A DNA stretch of 63,333 nucleotides, filler included, from Perkinsus chesapeaki ATCC PRA-425 (taxonomy: Eukaryota; Protista; Perkinsozoa): assembly GCA_013115145.1 (NCBI GenBank). It is 9 parts of 9 records of this genome, joined end to end, with 100 filler letters (N's around TTAATTAATTAA, not from the genome) between each part and the next. Parts side by side here need not be neighbours in the genome. Positions count along the whole stretch, not along the records: positions 1 to 13,459 come from JAAPAO010000787.1; 8 more parts are not named here. One strand, written 5' to 3'. Positions 1 through 13,559 of this stretch are shown piece after piece. The notes under the pieces were generated by a model. That model was given only the letters and a program-made list of their open reading frames with translations. It ran no database searches and was not told the origin of the DNA. The number at the start of each line of letters is the position of its first letter. The first letter of the stretch is position 1. A program made the position numbers and the translations under genes.

Positions 1-152
1 CACGCACTGAAATAGAGCGTTATTAATATGATTATATGTGGATTCTTATATAGGTTTATAAGGGACATTACTACACGCACTGAAATAGAGCGTTATTAAT
101 ATGATTATCTGTGGATTCTTATATAGGTTTATAAGGGACATTACTACACGCA
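1..152. repeat. 73-bp tandem repeat, about 2.1 copies, cut by the window start
   Basis: Unit CACGCACTGAAATAGAGCG...GGGACATTACTA at 1-73 and 74-146 (1 mismatch); a third copy starts at 147 and diverges. Confidence 0.9.
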
Positions 153-699
153 ATGATAATATCGTTACCTGTGGTTTTGAGTATTCACTCACTCATATTT
201 CCGTCCAGTGATCATTACAAGTCTTTCAGGTTGTTTCAGCACTTGGTGAAATATATGAGAAAATTAGCGAGAATCTCGGTGCCAAGCTTACCGCTACTAA
301 AGTAAGGTAGAGGAGGCAGCTTCATCTTACTGCCTGCTATCCGAAAATAGTGTCGCCGATCAATGCGCTGAGCTTTATTGCTTGGTGTGGATTGTATAGG
401 CCCTCCTGTGTAACCGCTACACGTGGTCTTGTGAGAATTCGCGTAAGAAAATGCCGTAAGCAGCAGTGAGGCCTCAACTCGAAGGCTACTGGAAAAGTCT
501 CTTCGTAGGAATTATTTTTCGATCAGCTTTGTCCTCAGGTGCTGCCCTGCGTGACACCTCTGATGGCCAACGAGGACCTCTCGATTGAGCAATGGAATCG
601 CATTAGCATCATTGTCTCGGGCATGGTTGATAGAGTCGTGAACTGGCGACAGAAAGAGTAGGGTTAAATTCTTGCGCACCGGGAAATTATTATATCCTT

Positions 700-1873
700 C
701 TAGTTATCGGCATCGAACCGATGCAGGCAGGGAAGCCTCAGCAGCGCTGGGTGCAGCAGCGCCTCCCCCGCCACCCTCAATGGGGAGCCGGAAATCGGCG
801 ACCTCGAATACGTCCGCTCCAGTCGACTTCGACACGCTCCTTATGGGAGGGCCTACGGAGCAGCCTACGCGGTGAGTTGTTATTTCAGCATATTGTTTCT
901 ATCGAAAACGCTCATTTATACACGTATGTAGACAATATATGTATGTTGTCTAGCAGTTGGTGTTAGATTCTTCGCGCGCCGATAATTTCGCAAAATCCTG
1001 GATGAAAGCGCGATGAGATCATCCTCAACCGCGTATCATTTGCAGAGAAACCTCGTTTGCAAAGCACCAAGAGTTCGATTGGGCGCTATTTTATATAACA
1101 ACATCGCCTTGCTTATTTGAAGTGACAAAAGTGTTGTCATTTTCTTGCCCACTCTGTGGGTATGCTAAATGCAGTCTATTCCGTTGCGAATCGGGTTTTT
1201 GTTCAGCTGTTCATGTAGACCGTGAAATAGGAATTTGAGACTTTCCTAGAGTCCTCCCGCGACCTCGAGATTGAGCAGCACCGCTGAATCTTCCTCTCCG
1301 TGCACTCGTAGGGCATCCCGCTGAACTATTCGCTTTGTTTATTTGATGTTGCTACGTATCTGCGTGGTTCCGGGTATATAATGTACGTTGATCTTTAGGC
1401 CTTCCCGAGCATCGGCGCCACCACCACCGCAAGCGCCCCGCCGACCCGTTGACGATTTTCCTTTTCCGTCCGACCAGAAGCGCACCTCGCAGAAAAAGAC
1501 ACGAGCGGTCGCCCCACCGAGCTCCACTGACAGTTTTACGTCATCATCCTCGAGAGTGGCTTCGAGTGACTTACTAGGAGCGGGGCCCGAGGCCAGCCAA
1601 AGTGTCGACCTGCTTGGGGAGGGCTCTGTAGACTTCTTCGCTCAGCCTAGCCGAACTCCTGCTGCAACACAGGGAAATCAGCTTGCAACTTTCGATCTTG
1701 CCAGCCTGTACAGCCAGAGCACTCCAACGCCCAGTTTCACACCGATGAACTCATCGTTTTCTCCACCGACAATTAACGGCGCTGCAGGGCCGGTTCAGAA
1801 GACTGGGGCAGATCCGAAACGGTTTGGTGTCCGCAATCTTGGAAATGACGATCCTTTTGCTGGTCTGATGTGA
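700..1873 (+). CDS. Pro/Ser-rich low-complexity protein ending in a DPF motif (possible endocytic accessory protein); multi-exon, 5' end unresolved
   Basis: ORFs 672-875 and 1388-1873 share the same composition (PPPP, VDF/DLL/FDL motifs) and the second ends ...GNDDPFAGLM*. No folded domain was recognised. Confidence 0.4.
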
Positions 1874-2786
1874 TTGGTCACCACTGCTTGTAGCATTTTG
1901 ACTTGTGTGCTATTAGTAACTGTTCACTGTTATATTACAAGTTGCTCAATTAGTCTGGAGTTTTTCAATCTTGGGCAAGTGGGAAGGATTCCGGCCAGTG
2001 TACTTCAGAGTAGTGGAAAGTTTTAGCTTTGGCCAGAGTATTATAACCGGTGTCAGAATATCTGCGAGGCTTCGTCATTGACAAGATCTCTTTGTCAGCT
2101 CGTCACAATGCAGTACGCTACTAAGTTCTGGTGCGCGCAAGAATATAGCGCGGCTTGCTATTACTACGAGCGCTTCGCCTCACACGTACTTGCATCACGT
2201 ATCTCTGCTCCATCCTAGCACGCACCCCAGAAACTGAGCGTTTTACCACAAAATGGCGGCTTGTTTGAATATTTAGTGATCACTGCTGGGTTTGGGTCCT
2301 TGGGGTGCTCAGAGAACCATTTGCTACAGCAGCCTTCAGGCTGCTGTTATCAATGCGAGTCGAAACTAGTCGGCGGGAAAACACCAGTGTGGCGGTTCGA
2401 AGAGAGATCGGCGGAATATCCTGCACGAGAGAACGGCCAGAGCAATGTTCTAAAGCTCACAGACCGACTACATTTAATACAGAGCTTTTATGGAATAGGA
2501 AACGACACATGTGGAGAAGGGTTTTGCTCCTTGTCCTGAACGAGAATGGATTCGCGAAGAATACAAGTTCTGAACGGACTTTCAATCTTCAGCATGACAG
2601 TCAGATGAGTATCTCTCGCTCCTTTCATCGTCGAGTCTATCATAGACTGAGACGGTATAGTGATTTCTGCCCAGACTTGAATTCCATCTCATTATAGAAG
2701 GCAAGATGGATCGCGCTACGTAGGGTAGTCGTCATTTCTCATCTAAGCTGGAGCCACTCTTGCCGCAGCACAGTTGTTATTATGCA

Positions 2787-3227
2787 ATGGTGACACGACG
2801 TCTCTGTGTTATCACCTGTCTCCTCCCGGTTGTCGTCGGCCAGGTCACTGCTGACAGCTACGATGAGTTTGTGGCACCGATTATTTACGAGAAGGTCTCC
2901 GATACTCTCGTTGGCAATATAACTCTAGCTGTGAGGGCTGTCCTTCAAGTCACGGAGATAGTTGCTCTTCAGGTGCCCGAGTCCGCAGTACATCCTTTAA
3001 AATGCCCAGAAGCATGTGTGTATTTGGCAAAGGCCCAATCAACCAGCGAGGTTCCTGATGATGTTTGCACTCGTGGGCTCCAGTCGGAGTCCTGCGGTTC
3101 TTGCGTCCATGAAGCACTCAGGCCAGACAATTCTACCTCACGATACGTAAGGATCCGAAGCGCTTCGCCTGAAAGACATTCTAAAGGATATGCTGAAATA
3201 GTGCAAGTGGCGCTCGGGACAGGATGA
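2787..3227 (+). CDS. Small putative secreted Cys-containing protein (~146 aa)
   Basis: ATG at 2787 gives MVTRRLCVITCLLPVVVGQVTA, a signal-peptide-like hydrophobic stretch, followed by an open single-exon frame with 5 Cys in the mature part. Confidence 0.5.
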   Translation: MVTRRLCVITCLLPVVVGQVTADSYDEFVAPIIYEKVSDTLVGNITLAVRAVLQVTEIVALQVPESAVHPLKCPEACVYLAKAQSTSEVPDDVCTRGLQSESCGSCVHEALRPDNSTSRYVRIRSASPERHSKGYAEIVQVALGTG

Positions 3228-6200
3228 TCCGTTTCTAGCAAGTTACTAGTAGCAACGGCTTCATCGTTTCGGTCCACATTTTTGCGCAAACTGCATGTGA
3301 CGTTCTACGGCTCTTGTTCCCCACAGTTTTCCCTATTCTAGCGTACGGGGTGAAACTGCGAGGAAATATTAGTGCCGCAATAATGAATATGAAGTATAAA
3401 CGTCTTGAAGTGCTGCTTTTCAGTTCTTCGCGGTTGATCGATCGGCTGAGCTCACTGGTGGTTTCCGTGGCACTTCTCCCGTCTACGTTTGTCTTCGAGC
3501 AGCGGAGCGGACGTTGGCCGGGAGTGCGAGGTCCCTAGGCCCTGTGCGTTTCTATGATCTACCAGTAAGAGTCCCTCATTGGTCGTATGATGTCACCGTA
3601 ATCAGTTGCTCAAACTCGAGGCGCCCTTGCCGAAGAGGAAAATTCTGGTTCGTGTTGTTCTGAACCCAGGTAAACTTGCGCTCGTTCGCTCGAATCGGAG
3701 GGTTCCCTGTGTGGTAGGATGGCTCGAGCGCTTCGACCTGCCCTGCGAAAATTGTTCCACTGTGAACGAATTAGTGGTGAAGGTACCGCAATACAAGGAG
3801 GCAGTCGGGGCGTGTGACGGGTGAGCTGTGATATGTCTCGACGAGCATTTGATACTTCATCGAGGCAGGTTCGTTGACCAGTACGCGCTCCCTGCAGATT
3901 TGGCTGGTGACAAGAACGAGCTGACGGAGATCACCGCGGACACCGCATCTTTTTGGTTGCTAAGTGGGTCGTGTCCGTGATGAGTGGCCAGCGAGGGTGT
4001 CTCGATGCAGGTTCGGATCATGTCTCTAGCCAGGAGCGAAGACAGTTCTATAGAAACACCTTCTATCTTTGCTTCTACGACAGCGCCATGGCTTACGGAG
4101 GAAAATATATTGGTGCGGAATGCTGATTTATGTTTTTTGAAATGTCTCGTTGGTAGGCACAGTGGAGTTCCTAGTGTCGTCTGCCGATGCACAAGCATTT
4201 GTAGGTTGCTGCAGGCTGTTCTCTATTTTAGATCTATTTTAGGTTGTTTTTGTTATATTAATGGGAATCGGTATGCCTTTGGGATGCATGGTTACAGCTT
4301 TGTTGCACGCCGCGAAACTGAAAAGATGCAAACGAAGAATTCGAGCCATACGGTGCGTGACGTGTTGTCCCACTTTGTGTAAGTGATGTCGATCAGATAT
4401 CATATTCAACGACGGCAGCTAGATCAGGAGCTCCTTGATCGGCAAGCTCAACTCGAGAACACAGTAGGAGGGGGATTGATGACATATATACGGCGATATA
4501 CCGTAACTTGCCGTAGCGATTGATGACGATATTGCCGTTATAAGGGCCTTATCATTCATAGCTTATTAACCTCTGAGTGACACTTAGTAAGTGTCTTCTA
4601 CTGTGAAAGCTCTATAGTTGATATGAGAGATATGCGTCTTTGATTCCTCCACCAAGTGTGACCCTCCCCATGTTTAGGTAGCGTCGGGCGCCCCTCCACC
4701 TGGGGTAGTGATCACAGATGCTATAATAGTCGGTCAGGAGTGAGGTGCTGTATCTACCGTATTTACTTATTCGAATAGTTTAATGTAACGTTTCATTTCA
4801 TCTCCTTTATGGTTTAGTTTCTTCAATACTTCGGCGCTGATCATGAGGTACGTATATATGGTCTCTAGGTTCTTGGGTATTGCCAACAACCATACTTCGC
4901 TTTTTAAATGTTGTGTTGGCATCGCTATGAGAGTGTCTCGGTTTAAATAATTGCCTTGGCCTATCCTGTGCTTCACAAGTGAGTCACTCAGCATGAGCAC
5001 GCCACGAGTGCGTCGATGTAGTCACAATTCCTCCCTTTCTCGATAGTGCTCTGCACCTTGGTGCTGCTCGAAATCGAATACTCCTGAACCTCCAATTCCT
5101 CTCACCACGGCATTATCGCACTGGATGCCTTACAATAGCCTTTGTTACTCGATGTCGTCGAGCTCGTCCAGTGCTGTAATCGACAGTGCTCGAGTTCCCT
5201 TGACAGTTGCTAACAGTGATAGGCATGATAGGTCGCCACAAATACTCTATTCCTTAATATCCAGAGGTAAGAATGATACGAGTCCGGCTCCTAACAACTT
5301 GCCTGCTTATACTCAGATAAAACAGTTCTGTGTGAGTATGCTTCTGTGGGAGGAAACTTCACAAGCGTGGCTAGAGTAAGTACCACCGCTTTGGTTTGAG
5401 TTCAAATCCGATACTTAGCGGTACTTAAAACTCTGCCGGAAATTTCGGCCCGAAAATAGGATATTATTACATTAGTCCGACTATTGTACGACCATTGGAA
5501 GTGCAAAGCATTTATTCGAAATTAGATTTCGAATAAATTTCACTTAAATTTTCAAGTATATTCGAAATCGTCCCTCGGATGGCTCGAACTCGTAAACTGA
5601 ATTTGTAGTACGTTTCAAGTTGAACGGCTCAACGCACTAATAGTGTGACACTATGTTGTTGGGCCGGGTCACTCACTTCGAGCCTGAGTGAACTTTAATA
5701 AGGGCAGGATATTCTCACTAACGCCTAGGCACATCAAGGCAAACACTCTTACGATCTCCAGACAACCAAGAGTCCCTGTGCTCTTGGCCATGAGCGCACC
5801 CTCGTGGAACAGGAAGCGCTCGCCGCAATGTCCGAGTGGCGGAGAGGAGAGAAGGAGAAGAGCTCGGCTTCTGGGGTTGTCAATGTCAGTGGAGCAGTGT
5901 TTGCAAGCAAGCTGCTTGCAGTAACTCAACCGTCCTTCCCTCGCCTTTCTGGAACACGTCTCGGATTATCGGATTACCAAGTGTTTATCCATGAACTTCA
6001 CAGTGTGAAGTTCACACACACGGCGGTGCATTGCTTGTACTACCAGCCTAGTAAGCGTGTGCACCGGTAGAGATAATCCCTCGTCCCGCAGGGCTTCTCC
6101 CACCAGTGCAGGACCTGTGGTTAAGTTGCCAGGACCTTTGTTCAACTATATCTCGTTAGCCGGCTTCTTGAAGACGAGGCTTCAAAATATCTGTTAAGAA

Positions 6201-6949
6201 TTTGGGGAGTTTTTGAAGCCCAATAGGCATTGAATTCATTACCCAAGATTCCTCAACTAAATACACAAATATGGTTAATTCTAAGAATGAAAGTAAAGAG
6301 TAGTTAATTCAAAGAGTGAAGGTTGATTAGGACTTAATCAACTTCTACTATTTCTGCAACTACTCTTTTGAACATGTTAAATTCGGTTAGCAGCAGAATG
6401 ATCGACACTGAATATCGTGGCATCTTTCGTGCGTCGTATTCAGTCGCAGAACGACGATGAGCTGGCAGACGGGATCCGTCTCAGCTTGCGTATCCTACTC
6501 TCGTACTGCATGCCCGACTGGAAGGACAGAAACTCGGCGTGGTGTACTGGTCTTGGCTGTACGACACTGTTTAGATGCTTGGATATATCCTACACATGAA
6601 CAAGGAATATTAAGCTTCGAATCATCAAACCTGCTAGCTTGCTGGGAGGCTTTATGATTCGTAAAGCAACCGGATTATGAATCAGATTTTGTGATGCACA
6701 CAAATTGATCTCCCATAGGAAATATGCGGCAGATGGGCGAATACTGATCAACTTTTATTCCCATTTATTTTTTATTTCCAGTCTCGAAGTGAGACTGTCG
6801 GTCTCCAACGGCCGTCTCCCATGCTTTGTGTTTACCAGACGTACTTCCGACCTAGTAGAAGTTATTACACGCTTTTGGCGAGTTGTACGTTGGTGCACGT
6901 TCATGAAACCGCTTAGCGGCCTTCGTATGGTCTCAAAAAATTATGGCTG

Positions 6950-8126
6950 CTTCATGTCGGTGCTTAAACCACCTGGTGAATCGGTTAGTTGTAGCTCAAT
7001 TTTAACGGAAAATGTGGATATTGCGGCAACACTGATCCCAAATCTGTAGACATCAAGATCGGGCACCACTGCGGCTGCCTTCCGTCACCTTGCAATATGG
7101 TATTGGTCATCCTAGGTCCTTCTGTCAAAGATATCAGCAATGACGGCGAGTTCAGCAGAGGAAGTTCGCAAAAGCTACGTCTACGATGGGTACGATAAGT
7201 GGAACTTCGGCGAAGGGATCGTGAACCGAACTATTAGGTATATTTTTCATTATCATTCTCTGCTAACATCTAGCAGGCAGTTTAACCAGCCACCTTGCCG
7301 TATTATTTTCTTGTGTATGGCAGATGAGGCAATGGGAAGGTGAGGAGTCGCTGTAGAAACTGCCTTGCAATCTCGCAGTAGCCCTAGAGTCAAGCAAGGT
7401 TTCTTTCAGACAACGTCCGTTCAAGTTTTTGGCCGACTTAAAAGGAAATTTTGAGGAGAAGTATGTCCGGCCTCCTGCTTATTGAGTGATTTAGTACAGA
7501 TACAACTATGCCCTAGTTCGATCAGCTACGCCTTTGCAATTCAACGGGGACATGCAGGAGCCAGTTCTTGGAGCTTTGATGAAGTTCCACAACTCTCCGG
7601 AAGTAAGCGCTTGACTTAATTTACTTCGAGCGTCAGATACTAACTGGTCGCGGTTTTCAGGCGGATACGATGACGCGTGTCAGGGCTCAAATAGGTAACA
7701 TACATGAGAATATGGTGGAGAACATCGACAGCATCATTAAGCGGCAGGTTGGGCACGAGATATCTCCAGGAAGATTACAGTAGCCATTTTTATTAGGAAA
7801 AGATCGAGCTATTAGTGGAGAAAACAGATGACCTGAACCGCACGACTACGGTATTTCGCCGCGAGGTGAGCGATCAGTGGCTGGTGGCCAATCCAGCGAA
7901 ACCCGTCTCGATTTGGAAGATTGCATTCTCTTTCCGATGCAGGCGGCCGACCTCCGACGTCAGCTATGGTGGAGAAATAAGAAGATGCAGATTATGTTTT
8001 GTTTTTGCATACTGGTAGGAAGTAGCGAGGAGGAGGCTTGTCCATAATTATTATCAGTTATTGATACTCCTCGGTGCAATGGTGATATGTGGTCCAACGT
8101 TCAAGTCATGCCGTCGTTCATCGTAA
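6950..8126 (+). CDS. VAMP7: Longin R-SNARE, VAMP7/VAMP72-like; start codon uncertain
   Basis: Spliced exons give the longin domain (RKSYVYDG-YIFHY...IIFLCMADEAMGRQRPFKFLADLKGNFEEK), the SNARE motif (MVENIDSIIKRQEKIELLVEKTDDLNRTTTVFRREAADLRRQLWWRNKKM) and a C-terminal TM (IMFCFCILLLILLGAMVICGPTFKSC), with a TAA stop at 8124-8126. Confidence 0.85.
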
Positions 8127-8341
8127 TCCTAGCCGCTGTGTTAGCTGAGGGGTTTTAATTGATCATTTATTTGCTAGTTTCGTGATAGTACCGTTTTTGG
8201 TTAAACATTAGTTTGTAATATGACCTGAGATCGTACGCTTCCAACGTAGCGGGTCATGTAAGAAAGCGTTGGTAATTGTGTCGATAATCGCCGTGCTTGT
8301 TTGCCTGATTGGCCTGCTTAGTTCAAAGTAAGCTTCGCTTT

Positions 8342-11300
8342 ATGGATACCCACCCTCTGTCATTCATACGTGGCCTAACCGATAGATGCCGAAGCTTCCT
8401 AAATCTTCGTGCAGGTCTGGCCCTGTCTGCTGGTGTCATCACACTTCTCATCGTAAGGACCCTCAGACGTATTAAGGAAACTAATGACAAGCTTCACGCT
8501 CAGTTTGGCGGGCCGACGTGGGTGAGTTGAGTCATTCAACTTGGGTGCATAGTATTTATGATCTGTAGCATCCTTACGAGTGTTCCGCAACTTTGCATAT
8601 CGTAACCGATTTGCCCGATACACAGCTGGCTTGTTTAGGTGAACCCTATTTGGGGATATTTGCCGAGTGAATCAATCCCGTTCAGTCGTATGTGTGAAAC
8701 CTTTGCAGATGCCTATGGAGATGTCTACCATCTCAAGTAACCGTTGGAGTATTTCACGTCTGCCAACAGCTGGTTTATTTCTTTCAGAATTTTCGGCATC
8801 GACGTTGTGGTAGTATCCAGTCCAGAGCTGATTCGTCAAGTACTTAAAGATCGCCCAAGGACCTACACGAGGTCCTTCAACGACGATAAGATACTACCAT
8901 TCTCGGGTATGTTTACAACTGAAGGAGATGAGTGGAAGCGGAATAGGAGATTGGGTGCTCCAGCTTTTAATGATAGCAACTCGGCGGCTATGGTCCCTGC
9001 CATGTCTAAAGTTACAGCTAAACTAGTAATGGCATTTTTATATGGTTGACTACACCTTATATCCTCCTTACGAGATGTTGATAAACCTTTGTATTAGATA
9101 CGTCATCTGAAGTATCTTGCTGAAGGCTCCGCCTATGGTCAGGTGGAATGGTCACCAACGCAACTGCTTACTCTATGCACTCTCGATTTTATGTGTGTCA
9201 CCACTTTCGGAGTGGACTTTAACTTCTTGGGCCCCGAAGGTGAATTATAATTAGACCTAGCTGTTTTCTAGTGTTACCATGATGGTAGATGGTAGATGTA
9301 GATGGTAATACCATCTACAGGGTGCTGCTAAAAAATACTGGACTTTAGGGCGCAGATTTCTTAGAAGTGACTAAGAAAAGGGACTAAGAATTTGGGATCC
9401 CTGGACTAAGATAGGGCCTAACCTTGCCTAAACAAATGAAGGAATCATATTACGTATGGCGGCTTCATTCCTCTACTAAATACGAAGCATGCAAACCACA
9501 ATGCTCGTACGACAATACAAACCCAGCAACGAATTTCTCTATGTAGAAGGGTACTTTGAAGACGAAGTAGAAGTTCTGATGTAAAAGGTTCTCTATGTCG
9601 ATTACTTCTCTCAGCTCGGAGCCCAATTCGAGTATCACATTGATTTATACGGCAATAGGGGAAGTAGGGCTTACAGTTTACAAATGGTGACTATCTCGTT
9701 CAAAAATTTTCACACAAAATTTCAGGGGTGGGTCCCTTTTTTGCAGCGTCGTGTATATTACCTTATGAAGTCCATCTAGCTCAGCTCAGAGGTTCACTAT
9801 CGTCTCAGGTAAGCCGCCAGAGCACAGTTCCGAAGAAGTGCAACAGGGCATAAAGGATGCATTGGTGGGTGCCAATGCAGCCTTGGACATGGCTATCTTC
9901 CCTTGGGCAACTCGGGACCGGTTCCCATGGAATCTAAATCCAATGATTAAGAAGGTAAACTATCGCCGTATCATGGATTCGGTGTCATGTTGTTCAGTTA
10001 CATACAGGTATGCGACGAATGAAGACCATTTGTCAAGAAATTATCGGGATGAGACGAGCTGAGAAGATACGAGGAGAATCTAAAGAAAGGGATGATCTTT
10101 TAGATAAGTTAATGCATCTTGAGAAGGATGATTTACAAGGCAACCTTATCACGTGAGACAGTCTATCATGATTCGATGTATCATTTCTCTCTATGAGTAG
10201 ATTTCTCTTTGCTGGTAGTGAGACCACATCAACTACTGTGGCGTGGTGTCTTTACTATTTATGCCTTTACCCAAATATCCAAACCAAAGCCAGAGATGAA
10301 GTTGATAAGCTGGGCCGTGATCCAGCAGTAGATGCTGATCTCGACCTCCTCCCATACACCCAATGCTGTATTCTGGAGACTCTCAGAGTGAGCATTCGCT
10401 GCAGCTTCTTTTTAAAAATAATCTCAGCTAACCCCACCCGGGCCGTTTCTTCCACATAAGTGTATGCACAGGACGAGACTCGGTGAGGAAGAGATATTAC
10501 CTGGTACAGTGGTATTAACAGTGATGAGCAAGGCAATGAAAACTATCAAGGAGGGTGGCACTAGTTACGTGTGAGTTGGCGCGCGTTTGAATGTAGCTTG
10601 CAGTTTGAAGCGCCCCGCCACGTAGACAGGTTATAGGTAGGCGGCCTACCGTAGGCCTAGCTGGCTGGGCGGTGAACCTCCGCACCAATTGTTTAGTGAA
10701 CATTTTACTTGTACGATTCAAGTAACGAACTTAATAATAGTAGGTTGGCTGCTTTCATATTGAGTAAGTATCAATTACAGATCGTTACACACCGTGCCAG
10801 TCGTAGTTTGCCTAGTGCGACCAGGCAATATGTTGCCATGGGTGTTTTTATTCGAGCTAAGGGGATAGCTCTTGCCAAAAGCCTTTTGAATGACTGATAA
10901 CTATTGCAGGCATTCACGTCATACTCCCACGTGCAGGGACTCGGCCGGGATCGGTACAAACCTAGGAATGATTCGATGAGCATGGAGCGAATTTGTTTAA
11001 TCGTCTTCATCGTAATTCCAGGTACTCTGCGATTTCGTATACTCGTGTTCGTATAATTTGGCTTCGCTGGCAGGACGTAGACGCCAGCATTAACTGATCG
11101 GTCGAATTCGTACAGCATTCCATTTAGGCCGGAACGTTGGCTATCGTCCGATGGTTGCGGTATTGACAAGGATCGTGCCCGAGATCATCTTGCATTCGGT
11201 GGAGGCCCTCGACAGTGTCCTGGTCAAGCTATGGCTTTGAAAGAAGCGACTGTACTCTTGGCCATGATACTTAGACATTTTGATAATATTGAACATAGTC

Positions 11301-11401
11301 ATGATATATCAGCTGTTAAAGGTGTAGACTGGTTCACGTATCAGCCGACGGGACTTGAACTTGATATGTCAGTTCGCAGCGTCGATCAAACCCAAACTTA
11401 A
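8342..11401 (+). CDS. Cytochrome P450, membrane-anchored, multi-exon
   Basis: N-terminal TM segment; C-helix EWKRNRR; I-helix FLFAGSETT; K-helix ETLR; PERW; heme-binding FGGGPRQCPG; stop TAA at 11399-11401. Two unusually long introns, 9240-9808 and 10571-11127. Confidence 0.95.
9318..9753. mobile_element. Putative decayed Tc1/mariner-type MITE inside a P450 intron
   Basis: TA|CAGGGTGCTGCTAAAAAA ... TTTTTTGCAGCGTCGTG|TA: imperfect ~17-18-nt inverted ends flanked by TA on both sides, no coding capacity. Removing it shrinks the 569-nt intron to ~130 nt. Confidence 0.4.
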
Positions 11402-13459
11402 GGGATTCTCACACACATCCTATTTTACCTAGTTATCATCGTTCTATTTCAAGCACGCTTATTTGAGTTTCGCGTATCGTGGTCATTGCGTTTCATTTCA
11501 TAGTGCAAGTCTTGGGGTCAAGTGACTCTATAAGGACAGAGCTCAGAACAGTAGATTAACATACATGGCTGGCGTACAGCACTACCATGATGACTCTTAA
11601 CAGCTCGAGTGTACTGTAACAGTGTTCCGCCTTCCAGGTGGTCACAAATGCTCGAGCGCTGCGAGGGCCACCGATTCGGTGCGGCTCGAGTATACATGTT
11701 CGTTCTCGCGTAATGATAATTCTTCACGTAACTCAATTTTATCGTTTCGAGCTCGAATGATCAAATGAACTTGAATCGCCTAGCTAATAATGTCAGTCAG
11801 TGTATGTGATATACCTGCAAACGCTTCACAACCGGATTGGAAGAGAAAATAAGCTCGCAACGTATGCGCCAACGATCCGTGAAGGTGGATATCCGACGAC
11901 TAGGGCTCGAATAAAACAGAACACTGCACGATTCATTAACTTGTAAATGCTCACTCAATGAACCAGTGAACGAAGTACGACTGGAAGTACCGGCTCGGTA
12001 CTACCGGGCTAAGATGAGACTGAGCTAAAAGCATGTCAACATGGACCAACAATGAGAGTATCATGGGCACCGCCACCGTCCTCGGCAAATCTCAGCACCA
12101 TACGCTAGGTCCAGTCTATCGCATATGTCAAATCTCTCTTGCACACACCCATTGACCGTTCCTAGCACGTTCGGCCCATCATCATCTGGATGGTTGAGCG
12201 TCATCTACCACTCTCGAGGCTCGCGCCCACCAGAATGGTGACTGAGCCGATGACCGCAGGAGTTGAGTTAGATGTACCGGGTATGTTAGTTTTACAGTAT
12301 AATCCACATTGATATTTCCTCATTATTGGCTGCGCGACATTAGCATAGTCCAGCGTCCTTTCGACACAGCGAACCATTGATATGACCAACGGGCTAACCA
12401 CTAGCATTCATTTGTTTGGCACAAGTCTGTTGTCTGCGGGAGGTGGCCACTTTGGCCTAGTACTATTGTCCACAAAGTACGCAGTTTGAAACCGAGGCGC
12501 TTCAGCTGCGCCTGATGAGCACCTCTAGTGCATTGCACTAAGTGCGCTAATATCCGTTAGACGTCATTCGTGTCCACTGCATCGAGATGAGTGACCAAAA
12601 TAAAAACTGCTTTCTAGACCAACCAACGGCTGTGTTTGGGTTCTCTCTTTCACCCCTGTCTTTAAGATCTCATGCATGCGATAGGCTATCACTGTAAGCT
12701 CAACAATTCCACCGAGCTTCTAATGTACCTTTACCGTGCTATTTAACGAGCTGCTGGTTTACCAAGGCATCCTTCAAACATTCTTAAACTCCAGTAGGTT
12801 CCAACATTAATGGCTGTGCGATGCAGTGGTACGGTGTGTGTGAGGCTATACTCCAACGCCAGGAATGGCTTAGTTAAACTATCCATTCTATGTGTAACTG
12901 CGGGGAGAGTTTAATACCTATACTGCGTTAGAAGGCCGGACATATAACGGCTAAAATAAGGCAAAAGGTTTGGAGAGTTTTCGTCCATTTTCTAGAATTT
13001 GAATGTTAGTTGAGAGTGCAATACTCCTTCGCTGCACGACAGCATCCTGTCGAAGAGTCGGGTATTAAGTAGGAGGCAGATCCTGCGGATCTCCGAAGGG
13101 ATTGGGCTAAGGTTGACACTTCTGCTCGTTGGATTCGCGTGCAATGGTTACTGCGTGATTCAAGTTCCAAACAAAGTCTCCGTTTTCTCTGAGTTCAGCT
13201 GACCTGGTGGATCCAGTTATGCACTGGAAATCCGTAGGAGCCCACATCCGCGCTTGCTTCTATATATACCATAGTGCAATCGTGGCCCATTGGACTTGCT
13301 CGAATACCGTTGGTCAGTCACAAGACAACAATATTGAGTCACCAAGTAGCCCGGCCCGAGCAGCTTTTGCGTGCATTTCATCTCTCTTGTGTAGCACAAG
13401 ATATTGTGTGTAGCGTAAAATAGCGTGCTTGTAGGGAGCGCACGTTGTGTGTTGGTTGC

Positions 13460-13559
13460 NNNNNNNNNNNNNNNNNNNNNNNNNNNNNNNNNNNNNNNNN
13501 NNNTTAATTAATTAANNNNNNNNNNNNNNNNNNNNNNNNNNNNNNNNNNNNNNNNNNNN
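13460..13559. other. Artificial contig linker (N44-TTAATTAATTAA-N44); the same linker occurs at 39167-39266, 47564-47663, 50195-50294, 53055-53154, 57454-57553, 59670-59769 and 61654-61753
   Basis: Identical 100-nt blocks with stop codons in all six frames between N runs. Confidence 0.97.

Noticed and set aside
10571-11127. Long P450 intron with a 132-aa antisense ORF and loose box C/D-like words
   Set aside because: No recognisable domain, no terminal inverted repeats and no proper RTGATGA...CTGA pair with a terminal stem.
12030-12407. Short minus-strand ORFs with a hydrophobic start and several Cys
   Set aside because: Split by a stop with no convincing splice sites; not enough support to call a gene.
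13460-13559. Recurrent TTAATTAATTAA palindrome between N runs (eight occurrences)
   Set aside because: Assembly linker with stops in six frames, not biology; it also invalidates any cross-contig gene-neighbourhood argument.
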